Virus record (IMG/VR): IMGVR_UViG_3300012346_000007
Coordinates: 1 to 38,407 of that record
DNA length: 38,407 bases
From: a virus
Taxonomy: Duplodnaviria; Caudoviricetes
Direction: 5' to 3' (one strand)
Position 1 is the stretch's first letter; each line of letters starts with the position of its first letter. The position numbers were made by a program, and so were the translations under genes. The notes beneath the pieces were generated by a model. It saw only the letters and a program-made list of their open reading frames with translations. It was not told the DNA's origin and ran no database searches. Shown in pieces: positions 8,298 through 17,250 of this stretch.

Positions 8298-11162
8298 ATG
8301 TTAAATACAAATGAATTCTTATCTGCAATACTTCCCGACAGTGGGTCGTACTGTGTGGTAGGACTAAAAATAGATGGAAGCCCAAGACAAAAGTTTGTGG
8401 GAAGTATCGAGGAAGTAAACGCTCTAGCACAGAAATTAGTAGAAGAACAATACAATGCCTACTTTGCTTTAGCTTCGTTTACTGACCCAAAAGAAGGCAG
8501 AACTGCCAAGAATGCACAGGCTTTAAAGTCTTTCTTTATTGATATTGATTGTGGTATGGGTAAACCCTATGCCGACCAAGCTGAGGGTATGAGCGCCCTT
8601 AAAGCGTTCCTTAAAGCTACAAAGCTACCTAAGCCTACTGTGGTCAATTCAGGCAACGGTATCCATGCGTATTGGGTGCTTAGCGAGGCTTTGCCTAGCG
8701 CTGAATGGAAACCCCTAGCCGAGCAATTTAAAATGCTCTGTGCCATGCACAAGTTCGAGGCAGACCCATCGGTTACTGCGGATACTGCACGCATACTGCG
8801 TATTCCAAACACCCTTAATTTTAAAGATCCACAAAACCCAGTCCCAGTAGAGGTATTACTTACAAGCCCCCTGGTTGCTATATCAGCTATAAAAGATGTT
8901 ATACAGACTTGTGTTGGTGGTGAGGATATTTTTGCTGGCATGACAGGTCAGCCGTTCGTACCCCGTCAAATGGATGCAATGACCCTAGCGTTAATGGGTA
9001 ACAACATCTCACGATTCAAGACGATTATGATTAAGAGCGCCGAGGGTACAGGTTGCCCACAACTCTTACATATTTACGAAAACCAAGCGACAATAGATGA
9101 GCCTCTTTGGAGAGGAGGGCTAAGTATTGCCCAAGCGTGTGTGGATAGGGATAAAGCCATCCATAGCCTGTCTAAGCGCCACCCTAGTTATTCAGCTAGT
9201 GAAACAGAACGTAAGGCTAATGAAACAAAAGGTCCTTACACCTGCGCTACATTTAAGAAACTAAACCCAAGTGCTTGTCAAGGATGCCCTCATACATTTA
9301 CTTCCCCTATTCAATTAGGTAAGGAGTTTAACGAGGCTACCGAAGAAGACAACACAGTAGAAGTTCCAGCAGTAGAAGAAGGTGAAGCGCCAACAATCTA
9401 TCAGATTCCTAAATACCCATTCCCATATACACGGGGAGCGGCTGGTGGTATCTACACCAAGATGAAGGACGAAGAAGGCGTAGAAGAAGTAATGATGATT
9501 TACCCATACGACTTTTATGTAGTCAAGCGTATGAACGACCCTGATAGGGGGGAAAGTCTTTTAATGCGTTTGCATTTACCAAAGGACGGCGTTAAAGAAT
9601 TCATCATGCCTTTGACAGATGTGCTGGCTAAAGATAGATTTAGAGATGCAATCGCTAAGCAGGGCTTGGCAGTATTAGGTAAGAAACAGGACATACTTAT
9701 GGCTTATATAACACGGTGGGTAGAAGAATTGCAAGCAAGCACAGAAGCAGAATTGGCACGTAAACAGTTTGGTTGGTTGCCTGACGACTCAGCATTTATT
9801 CTTGGGGATAAGGAGATTACCGCTACTGAGATTAAATACAGCCCTCCTACCGCTACGACCATTGAACTCGTACCTATGTTCAGAGAGAAAGGTGACTTCC
9901 ATGTTTGGAAAGACGTCATCAATGCGTATGCTAGAGAAGATATGGAGGCTAAGGCTTTTGCTTTCTTTATGGGCTTTGGCAACACACTATTGAAGTTTAC
10001 TAACCTCAAGGGCTACTTACTTAGTCTTAAATCTCAAGGGTCTGGGTCTGGTAAGACGACTGTATTGCACACCATTGGTAGTATCTATGGGCACCCTGAA
10101 GATAGCTTTATGCGGGTTAAGGACACATACAATCAGAAGCTACAACGTATCGGTACATTCCAAAACATCCCTATCTTGTTTGATGAGATGACCAATATGG
10201 ATCCAATGCAGAAGTCTAACTTAGCTTATGACATTACCGAAGGACGTGCTAAGAACCGTATGCAGTCTCAAAACAATGCTGAGCGTCTTAACCATACTAA
10301 GTGGGCAACAGGGTTAATTACCTCTACTAACCGCTCACTACGTGATGACTTGCTTTCTATCAAGGCTTTTCCTGAAGGCGAACTGATGCGTATGATGGAG
10401 TTGCATATCTTTAATGACGCTAACGACGATCCAGTATGGGCAAGACAACACTTTGGAAGACTGCACACTAACTACGGGCACGCTATTTTCCCATTCATGC
10501 AGTACGTGGTTGGTAATCTGCCTGAAGTAATTGCGTTCCTAGGGACTATCCAAACCAAGATTGAAGCGGCGGCAGATATTAAATCTCAAGAACGTTATTG
10601 GTCAGCTATGGCGGCTATCGCTATTGCAGGTGGGATTATTGCTAAGAACCTAGGGCTACACAACATTGACCATAGACCCGTAATGGCGTACATCATTAAG
10701 CATATTAAAGAGTCTAGAACGCAGAACACACAGATGGTGGCTGAGAATAGCGACTTCCTTAGTGGGTTTATCCAGCGTAAGTTCCATGAGGTATTGGTTA
10801 TTAACGGCAAGCACGACCATAAGACAGGCTTGGAGACAGGTCCGATTAGAGAGCCACGGGGTTCATTGACTGCACGTTATGAGCCTGATACAAAGCTTTT
10901 GTATGTGGTAGCCAAGGAATACCGTTCAGAGTGCAACAAAGCGCAGTTAAACTTTGACGAGTCATTAGCTATGCACAAGAAGAGTGGGGCTTATTTAGGT
11001 CAGAAACGCAAGCGTATGACTTCAGGTACTATTGTGGATACCAATCTAAATGCACCAGCCTTGGTATTCGATGTAACTAAACTGGAGTTCTTCCGTGAAG
11101 AAGTTTTACTAAATGCTAAAGATTCTGAATCAGATATTCTTGATCCCGTGGAAGCGACTTGA
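8298..11162 (+). CDS. DNA primase-helicase (AEP/RepB-type primase + DUF927-like + P-loop helicase)
   Basis: AEP-like motifs FFIDID, SGNGIHAYW and ARILRIP; Cys cluster C...CQGC; FGW; Walker A GSGSGKTT; Walker B ILFDE. Confidence 0.88.
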   Translation: MLNTNEFLSAILPDSGSYCVVGLKIDGSPRQKFVGSIEEVNALAQKLVEEQYNAYFALASFTDPKEGRTAKNAQALKSFFIDIDCGMGKPYADQAEGMSALKAFLKATKLPKPTVVNSGNGIHAYWVLSEALPSAEWKPLAEQFKMLCAMHKFEADPSVTADTARILRIPNTLNFKDPQNPVPVEVLLTSPLVAISAIKDVIQTCVGGEDIFAGMTGQPFVPRQMDAMTLALMGNNISRFKTIMIKSAEGTGCPQLLHIYENQATIDEPLWRGGLSIAQACVDRDKAIHSLSKRHPSYSASETERKANETKGPYTCATFKKLNPSACQGCPHTFTSPIQLGKEFNEATEEDNTVEVPAVEEGEAPTIYQIPKYPFPYTRGAAGGIYTKMKDEEGVEEVMMIYPYDFYVVKRMNDPDRGESLLMRLHLPKDGVKEFIMPLTDVLAKDRFRDAIAKQGLAVLGKKQDILMAYITRWVEELQASTEAELARKQFGWLPDDSAFILGDKEITATEIKYSPPTATTIELVPMFREKGDFHVWKDVINAYAREDMEAKAFAFFMGFGNTLLKFTNLKGYLLSLKSQGSGSGKTTVLHTIGSIYGHPEDSFMRVKDTYNQKLQRIGTFQNIPILFDEMTNMDPMQKSNLAYDITEGRAKNRMQSQNNAERLNHTKWATGLITSTNRSLRDDLLSIKAFPEGELMRMMELHIFNDANDDPVWARQHFGRLHTNYGHAIFPFMQYVVGNLPEVIAFLGTIQTKIEAAADIKSQERYWSAMAAIAIAGGIIAKNLGLHNIDHRPVMAYIIKHIKESRTQNTQMVAENSDFLSGFIQRKFHEVLVINGKHDHKTGLETGPIREPRGSLTARYEPDTKLLYVVAKEYRSECNKAQLNFDESLAMHKKSGAYLGQKRKRMTSGTIVDTNLNAPALVFDVTKLEFFREEVLLNAKDSESDILDPVEAT

Positions 11163-11313
11163 ACCTAAACAGTCGATTTTCATACCGTGCCTAGACCGCA
11201 AAGCCCATGAAAAGGAGTTACTAAAGGAGGCAGAGCGGCTAGGTATTGAGGTTAAATGCAAACAAGTGGTAGAAGATGGGAAGTATGGCTTGCGCTTATG
11301 GCGAGTTAAGTGA
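11113..11313 (+). CDS. Hypothetical 66-aa protein, last gene of the early arm
   Basis: Overlaps the primase end by 50 nt. The sequence is plausibly globular (IPW...SIFIPCLD...GLRLWRV). Confidence 0.6.
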   Translation: MLKILNQIFLIPWKRLEPKQSIFIPCLDRKAHEKELLKEAERLGIEVKCKQVVEDGKYGLRLWRVK

Positions 11314-11319
11314 TATAGT
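11290..11319 (+). promoter_or_regulatory. Candidate sigma-70 promoter (extended -10) for a small RNA
   Basis: TTGCGC (11290-95), 18-nt spacer, TG-A-TATAGT (11311-19). There is no + strand ORF between it and the terminator. Confidence 0.45.
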
Positions 11320-11325
11320 TACCCC

Positions 11326-11381
11326 ATTCTTCTCCTCGACCCACATTGAGGATTTAACCCCGCTTCGGCGGGGTATTTTTT
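11326..11381 (+). ncRNA. Candidate ~55-nt small RNA with an anti-RBS 5' seed
   Basis: Lies between the candidate promoter and the terminator. TCTTCTCCT (11328-36) is the reverse complement of the AGGAGAAGA RBSs at 6688 and 7080. Internal hairpin TCCTC/GAGGA. Confidence 0.4.
11357..11381 (+). terminator. Rho-independent terminator at the junction of the convergent arms
   Basis: ACCCCGC-TTCG-GCGGGGT is a perfect 7-bp stem with a C(UUCG)G loop, followed by ATTTTTT. Confidence 0.9.
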
Positions 11382-14300
11382 AGTAACCAGCCATTACCCG
11401 TAGTTTGTGCACGTTTTTAAGTAGCTTTTTCTCTTGCTCACGGATACGCTGAATCTCTCTGCCTTTTTTCTCGGCATCCATTCTAGCTTCAGGCAAGTCA
11501 TAGATATGGTTCTCATACTCACGTAACTTGGTCAACTGCCTACCGATATTGTTTACTTGAGACTTAACCTTCATTAGGTCTTTGTTTTCGGCAAACAATT
11601 CTTTGTATTCTTCTTTACGACCTTGCTTCTGCATAGCGTTTAATGTGGTGTTAATCTTGTCCACTTCCTCACGCAACTCATAAAAATCGTTCTTATCGGC
11701 ATTACCATATTCCCGTGCAACAAACGCACTTAGGCCGGGGGTAGTAGCAATTGCGTCTTGCCAACTCTTTTCAGGTTTTGGCTTATCTTCCCCAGCGTTA
11801 ATGATAGCGCTAGTAGCTTGCAATGCCAATCCGCCAGTAGTACCCATGTAACCTTTAATCAGATGGTCTACATTTACTGGGGCAATCAAACCTGTTTTAC
11901 CAATTAACTTAGCCAACTCAGAAGTACTATTGGTATATTGCTCTTCGGTAATCTTGTTTGCAATACCCTGACCTACAATAGAACGTCCTGTAAAGAAGTT
12001 ATGGTTTGTTGCAACTTCCAGTATCGGTTTAACGGCTTGTGGTACAGCAGTAGGACTCATTACTGCGTTAGCTAACGCATCGCTCATAGCACGGCGAATC
12101 TTTTTACCATCAGTAAATGCGTTGTCGGTCATACCCAAATAGGTATACTCAGCAATAAGTTTAGGCAGTAAAGTCAAGTCACTACGCAACGGCAACATAA
12201 AGCTAGTGCCAGGAATTAACAGGTGGCGGTCACGAATTTGAGGATCCATCTTCTGATAGTCTTCGTCATCACTTGCAATAGCGGCATACATAAAGGCTAA
12301 AGCGCCGATCTTTAATGCGTTGCTAGTTAATACTTTAAACGCTTCTTTGCGTTGCTGGGGTGCAATACCTTTACCTGATATAACTTTATAGACTACGTTT
12401 TGGGCCTGTAAATACGCACCAAAGAACGGTACTACCTGACGCATCATCTGAATCTTGCCTGATGCACCCGCACGTTTAAAGTTAATAATCTCAAATGCCC
12501 GTTCAACTGCTAGAGCCTTGTCGCCTGTTTCTTTCATGGTCAGGTTATAGATAGCTTGACGCACCGCATTGTCAGAAGCCATTGCAAACTTCTCAAGGGC
12601 ATTACTAATCTTACCAGTCTTACTTTCAGACTTTAAACCAGCCATAATCTCAGCAGTATCACGAACAAATGTAGCTGAGTAATCTCGAACGCCCACTGCA
12701 CCATACTTGGTCAACTCGGTAGCAGTTTCACTTCTACCCCGTAAAGTCTTAGTAAACTCTTTAGCAACTTCCAAAGGTAATAACCAAGGATGCTTTAATC
12801 CCGAAGTAAGCATTGCACCAAATGAATCTTGGGACAACTGGCTAATAGAGAACAAAGGCATTAACACAATGTTCTTACGTAAGAAGTTTGCGATAGAAGA
12901 GGCAATACCAAAATGAGGAATAGCGGCAGATTCGATACCTGTAAATGCGTGCACAAACAATGGGTCTTTAAATTCTACCTTCTTCTTAATACCGTTTTCC
13001 CATATATCAATAGTGTTTTGTTCACGTTTAACACGGGCATCTTGACGTAAATCGGTAACTTCATCAGGGAATAACTGCTTAGCTGTGTTGTATAGATTTA
13101 AGGCACTACGGTTCTTAACAGCGCGGGATATAGTATAGCTAGTCCAGCGCTCCATATTATCAAAGATGTTTGCAACTTCTTGCTCACTACCCTCAATCTT
13201 GTAGCCTTTAGCAAAATCAATTAAGCCACGACCATACTCTTTCGGACCTGCACCACCCGCTAATTGGTCTTCACGGTAAAACGGCACATAGTCCATGTAA
13301 TCTAGTAATTCTTCGGCTTGTTCTTTGTTGTATAGGCCGCCTTGAATTGCCACTTCCATAGCATTTTTACGTACTTCGTTCCAGCTTTTTTGTAGATCTC
13401 TTAGCTCAGGAATCATCGTAAAGAACTTAAGGCCTGCATCAATTTCTGCTTGAGTCATGTGGCTATAAACAGAACGCTTAGCCTGTGAAAGACCTTTTAA
13501 ACGATCGGATACAAAAGCTTGTTGTGCGTAGGCTTCTGCTTCTTTAAAAGATATTTCATACTTATCTGCGATACTAGAAAGCTTATCTTGGATTAGTTTA
13601 GACCAACTATCTGCTTTATCTACGGCTTTCCACTTGTAAGATTTAGCGTCGTACTCTAGTCCACCATGCTGTAGAAACTGCATACCAAGGGCATCTGCAT
13701 GAGTAGCTTGAGCGGTACTAACTTCATACATCATCTCTCTGATGGTTTCCCAAGACTTACCACCAGCCTCTAATCCTTTACGGATAGCATTGTTCAACGC
13801 AGCATCTGCGGAGAATAGCATTGTTTCTGCGGTGTTTAAGAACCTAGAAAGACCTTGTTTTGCGGCAGCTGAACTCTTAGTAGAGTTTTTAAATGATTGG
13901 AAAGGTCCTGTTTCTATCGTAGGCTTAGCACGGCGCTCTACACCCGTAGCCTTTAAGTTAGCCGCAAGTTCATCACGTTTAACATTAACCGTAGGCATTG
14001 TTTCTTTGCCTGTTATTACATCTTCTTGAACCTTACGACCTGTAGCCATACTGCGGTCAGCTAGCATTAAACCAGCAGCCAAAGCGCTTAACTTCTGAGT
14101 AGGGGATAGTCCTAATGCAGTCAACACAGCACGGACAAACGCAGTAAACAAACTTTGGTTCTCTACACGGTAAGGAATCTGTGCTAGGGTTTGTTGAAAC
14201 TGACGGTTAGACATGAGTTCAGATGCAAACTCAGTAAGGCTTTCCATACCATACTCTTCTGCTAGCCCGGGTTCTGTACGTTTAATAAACTCGTATAGGT

Positions 14301-17241
14301 CTTTAAGGTCAGAAATACCTTTGTTCTTAGCACCTTCTAGTTCAAACTTCTTAATAAGTGCATGAAGGAAACCATGTGTTGTTTCATGTAACACAGTATG
14401 CGAATCAATTTCGCCGTCATTAATTTGAACGGTATCTGTAAACGGATTGTATTGGGCGGAGCCGTCTTTAATAGTTCCAGCTGGAACAACCTCAATCTTA
14501 GGTAGACTACCTTTATTTGCTAGAAGGCGATTAGAGACCAGTTTTTCTAAGATGTTGAAGGTATCAGTCGTGTCTTTTGCAATTGCATTCAATGCACCGG
14601 CTAGATCCCCACGCTTTGCTGCGCTGATAAGAGCTTCACTTGTCGCTCCCGCAATAAGACGTTTAACTTTAGGGTTTTCTTTTTCTTCTTTAAGTTGGCG
14701 AGTAAACGCATCAGATTGGCGTTTGCCTTCTTCCATTGCCAAGTCCCAAGCACTTTTCTTTTCAGTAGTTTTAACTGGAGCTTCTTCAAGTTTTGCTTTT
14801 GATTTCGGTGCAACAGCTTCTACTAACCCTGCAAATGGGCTTGCTGGTGGCTTAGCTTTTTTAGTTGGACGTACTCTTGGTGTAGGTGTTTTTTCTTCCG
14901 CCGCTTCACGGATGTCGTCTTCGTCATCAAGACGATTTTCTTCTTCCTCAGCCCTAGCTTTTATTTCGTCCGCTAAGTCAATAACTTTATTTTTTCGACG
15001 CTCTTCACGTCCTTTGCGTTGTGTAGCTTTTTCTTCTAACGCTTTTAACAACTCTACACGGCGGTTTTCGTCCATTGCCGGTACTGGGTCTGTAGTTTCC
15101 CTGCTTATTACGGTAGCGGCGGCTTCTTCTAAAGTAGTACCTAAGTCTTCACCTTTAGGTCCAATCCATTCATTAGGACCATATTGCGTAATTTCTACAG
15201 TTTTACCGTTATCTAAAGTAAGTAAAGCTCCTTTAGTGCCACTGTCTCCAAACCTAACATTCTGTGCAGTATTAACAACAGTAGCTGGTTTTAATGTACT
15301 TGCGACTGATGCCGCTCCTCCAATAGGTTGTCCAATAGTATCCCCAACAGGAACCATTCCTCGTCGTTTAGATTGTTTAGATCCGGTGGTGGTTCCAAGT
15401 CGCTCGCTAGGCACTCGAACGCTTGACTCACTTGGTCCGCTGATAGGTGTAACAGACCCCCCAGTAATTTGCTTTTCAGTGGCTGCTTGTGCATTTTTTA
15501 TAGGCTCCGCTTGGGCTTTCTTTAAACTACCGTATGGACGACGTAGACCAAGTTTACCTTGTTCTTGTGCTTCTAGTGGTTTTGGAATTGAATCTAAAAA
15601 TTGACCAACACCTTTGTTAATAGACTCTCCACGACCTTGTTGTACCCAAGACTCTAAAGTATCTCTTACTTCTTGTACTTGTGCTGGGTCATTTAAGTCT
15701 TTACCTAACAACTGTTCACGCAACTTCTTGTTTGTTTTATTAATCTTCATTACCGAAAAGTCGGCTTCGGTCACAGGGCGAGCAACAGGTGCTTCCTGTT
15801 GTACTGGGGGTGCTACAGGTGTAGGCATACCGGGCAGGTTCATTTGACCTGACTCATCAGTAAACCCTAATTCCATTTGACCAGCTTGTGCTATTGTTTT
15901 AGGCTGTATTGGTTCTTCAACTTGCTGTTCTCTTTGCGCCATTACATCGCCTAGTAAGTCAGGCTGTGCTTCATGGAACGCAGATTGTTTGTATGCTTCT
16001 TTTGCTTGGTCGGCTCTATCTCTAGAGGCAATAGCTTTATCTACTTTAGCTTGTAGTTCTGCAAACGCTTCGGATTGGTTAAATCTTTCAGGGGCTTCTT
16101 CTTGCAGTGCACGGATTCTAATCTTCTCTTGCTCTGCCTCAAACGCATCACGACGTGCTTGGTCTTCAGCTGCAGCTACTTGGTCAATAAGGTCTTGTGC
16201 TGCTTGTTTTTGTGCTTCAAATTGTTGCTTGCGTTGGTCATCAGCAGCTTGCGCTCTAGACTCAGTATACCCAGCAGCTCCGCCAAATAGACCACCACCC
16301 AATGCCCCCATACCCGCTGCACCGCCAACACCTTTAGTAAGGCTAGTCTCAGGGCTAACTTCTTGTACGCCTACGTTAGACGCAAACTTACCAGCACCTT
16401 CTTCAAACCCTTCAGATACCGCTTCTCCAAACAAACCTCTAGCAACACCGCCAGTAGTAGGCAAACCTTTACCCGCCATCGCCTTCTCAATAGTAGTACC
16501 ACCGGGGAGTCTAGTAGCAGCAAGAGATAACATAGCAGCTTCAATACCAGCTACACGTCCTTTGGATAGAGCAATACCATTAGCTTGCTCGTCATCCATA
16601 CCTTGTTTTTTAAGATCTTTATATACAGCTTCGTATGTTTCAGAACCAATGTCGGCACCTTGCATTACAGCACCTGTACCTACTGAACCACGAACACCAG
16701 CTTTACCCAACGCAGAGCCAGTAGCTTCTGCCATCAATGCTTTAGTTGCACCACGGGCTAATAAACCACCACCCCAAGAACCTGCTAGGTTAGGTAATTG
16801 CTCTGCAAAGAAAGATGTCAACAAAGCTGGATCTTTAATCGTTTCTTTAATGGCAGTACCAAACTCAGCCAACATACCATCAGCTTGTGCAATCTTTTCA
16901 GAACGTACGGCTTCTTTGCCTTTAAGTCTAGTAGACTTAGATTCTTGACCAAACTGCTCTAGTTGCTTGCCTAGACCCTGCAGACCTTTATCTGCATCTT
17001 CGGCTGTAGTTAAACCTGCTAATTGTGTAAGCTGACCAGGAACTTGAGCAAGACCACCAACGCCAGTAGCTAAACTAGATAGAACGTCCGTACCTACTTC
17101 ACCCCAACTACGGCTAGTTTGAGCAGCTAATTTTGGGTATTTGGGAAGAATGTCATTCTTAATGGCTTTGCCAATATCTTCACCAGACATTCCTTCAGGG
17201 AAGTCAATTAAACCTACCCCTTCAACGTTTACTAATGGCAT
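11380..17241 (-). CDS. Large polyvalent virion/ejection protein with zincin-like metallopeptidase and C-terminal LPD38-like domain
   Basis: Gly/Ala-rich N-terminus; VLHETTH (HExxH) with downstream EFASE; C-terminal DYQKMDPQIRDRHLLIP...EVATNHNFFTGRSIV, typical of LPD38. It is the last gene of the structural arm. Confidence 0.75.
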   Translation of the reverse strand: MPLVNVEGVGLIDFPEGMSGEDIGKAIKNDILPKYPKLAAQTSRSWGEVGTDVLSSLATGVGGLAQVPGQLTQLAGLTTAEDADKGLQGLGKQLEQFGQESKSTRLKGKEAVRSEKIAQADGMLAEFGTAIKETIKDPALLTSFFAEQLPNLAGSWGGGLLARGATKALMAEATGSALGKAGVRGSVGTGAVMQGADIGSETYEAVYKDLKKQGMDDEQANGIALSKGRVAGIEAAMLSLAATRLPGGTTIEKAMAGKGLPTTGGVARGLFGEAVSEGFEEGAGKFASNVGVQEVSPETSLTKGVGGAAGMGALGGGLFGGAAGYTESRAQAADDQRKQQFEAQKQAAQDLIDQVAAAEDQARRDAFEAEQEKIRIRALQEEAPERFNQSEAFAELQAKVDKAIASRDRADQAKEAYKQSAFHEAQPDLLGDVMAQREQQVEEPIQPKTIAQAGQMELGFTDESGQMNLPGMPTPVAPPVQQEAPVARPVTEADFSVMKINKTNKKLREQLLGKDLNDPAQVQEVRDTLESWVQQGRGESINKGVGQFLDSIPKPLEAQEQGKLGLRRPYGSLKKAQAEPIKNAQAATEKQITGGSVTPISGPSESSVRVPSERLGTTTGSKQSKRRGMVPVGDTIGQPIGGAASVASTLKPATVVNTAQNVRFGDSGTKGALLTLDNGKTVEITQYGPNEWIGPKGEDLGTTLEEAAATVISRETTDPVPAMDENRRVELLKALEEKATQRKGREERRKNKVIDLADEIKARAEEEENRLDDEDDIREAAEEKTPTPRVRPTKKAKPPASPFAGLVEAVAPKSKAKLEEAPVKTTEKKSAWDLAMEEGKRQSDAFTRQLKEEKENPKVKRLIAGATSEALISAAKRGDLAGALNAIAKDTTDTFNILEKLVSNRLLANKGSLPKIEVVPAGTIKDGSAQYNPFTDTVQINDGEIDSHTVLHETTHGFLHALIKKFELEGAKNKGISDLKDLYEFIKRTEPGLAEEYGMESLTEFASELMSNRQFQQTLAQIPYRVENQSLFTAFVRAVLTALGLSPTQKLSALAAGLMLADRSMATGRKVQEDVITGKETMPTVNVKRDELAANLKATGVERRAKPTIETGPFQSFKNSTKSSAAAKQGLSRFLNTAETMLFSADAALNNAIRKGLEAGGKSWETIREMMYEVSTAQATHADALGMQFLQHGGLEYDAKSYKWKAVDKADSWSKLIQDKLSSIADKYEISFKEAEAYAQQAFVSDRLKGLSQAKRSVYSHMTQAEIDAGLKFFTMIPELRDLQKSWNEVRKNAMEVAIQGGLYNKEQAEELLDYMDYVPFYREDQLAGGAGPKEYGRGLIDFAKGYKIEGSEQEVANIFDNMERWTSYTISRAVKNRSALNLYNTAKQLFPDEVTDLRQDARVKREQNTIDIWENGIKKKVEFKDPLFVHAFTGIESAAIPHFGIASSIANFLRKNIVLMPLFSISQLSQDSFGAMLTSGLKHPWLLPLEVAKEFTKTLRGRSETATELTKYGAVGVRDYSATFVRDTAEIMAGLKSESKTGKISNALEKFAMASDNAVRQAIYNLTMKETGDKALAVERAFEIINFKRAGASGKIQMMRQVVPFFGAYLQAQNVVYKVISGKGIAPQQRKEAFKVLTSNALKIGALAFMYAAIASDDEDYQKMDPQIRDRHLLIPGTSFMLPLRSDLTLLPKLIAEYTYLGMTDNAFTDGKKIRRAMSDALANAVMSPTAVPQAVKPILEVATNHNFFTGRSIVGQGIANKITEEQYTNSTSELAKLIGKTGLIAPVNVDHLIKGYMGTTGGLALQATSAIINAGEDKPKPEKSWQDAIATTPGLSAFVAREYGNADKNDFYELREEVDKINTTLNAMQKQGRKEEYKELFAENKDLMKVKSQVNNIGRQLTKLREYENHIYDLPEARMDAEKKGREIQRIREQEKKLLKNVHKLRVMAGY

Positions 17242-17250
17242 ATCTACCCT

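Noticed and set aside
14447-16948. Long + strand ORFs (385 aa and 319 aa) opposite the 1953-aa gene
   Set aside because: These are Ser/Ala/Pro-rich antisense shadows of a codon-biased gene, with non-ATG starts and no motifs. The same applies to the 7462-8169 (-) ORF and the other short antisense ORFs.
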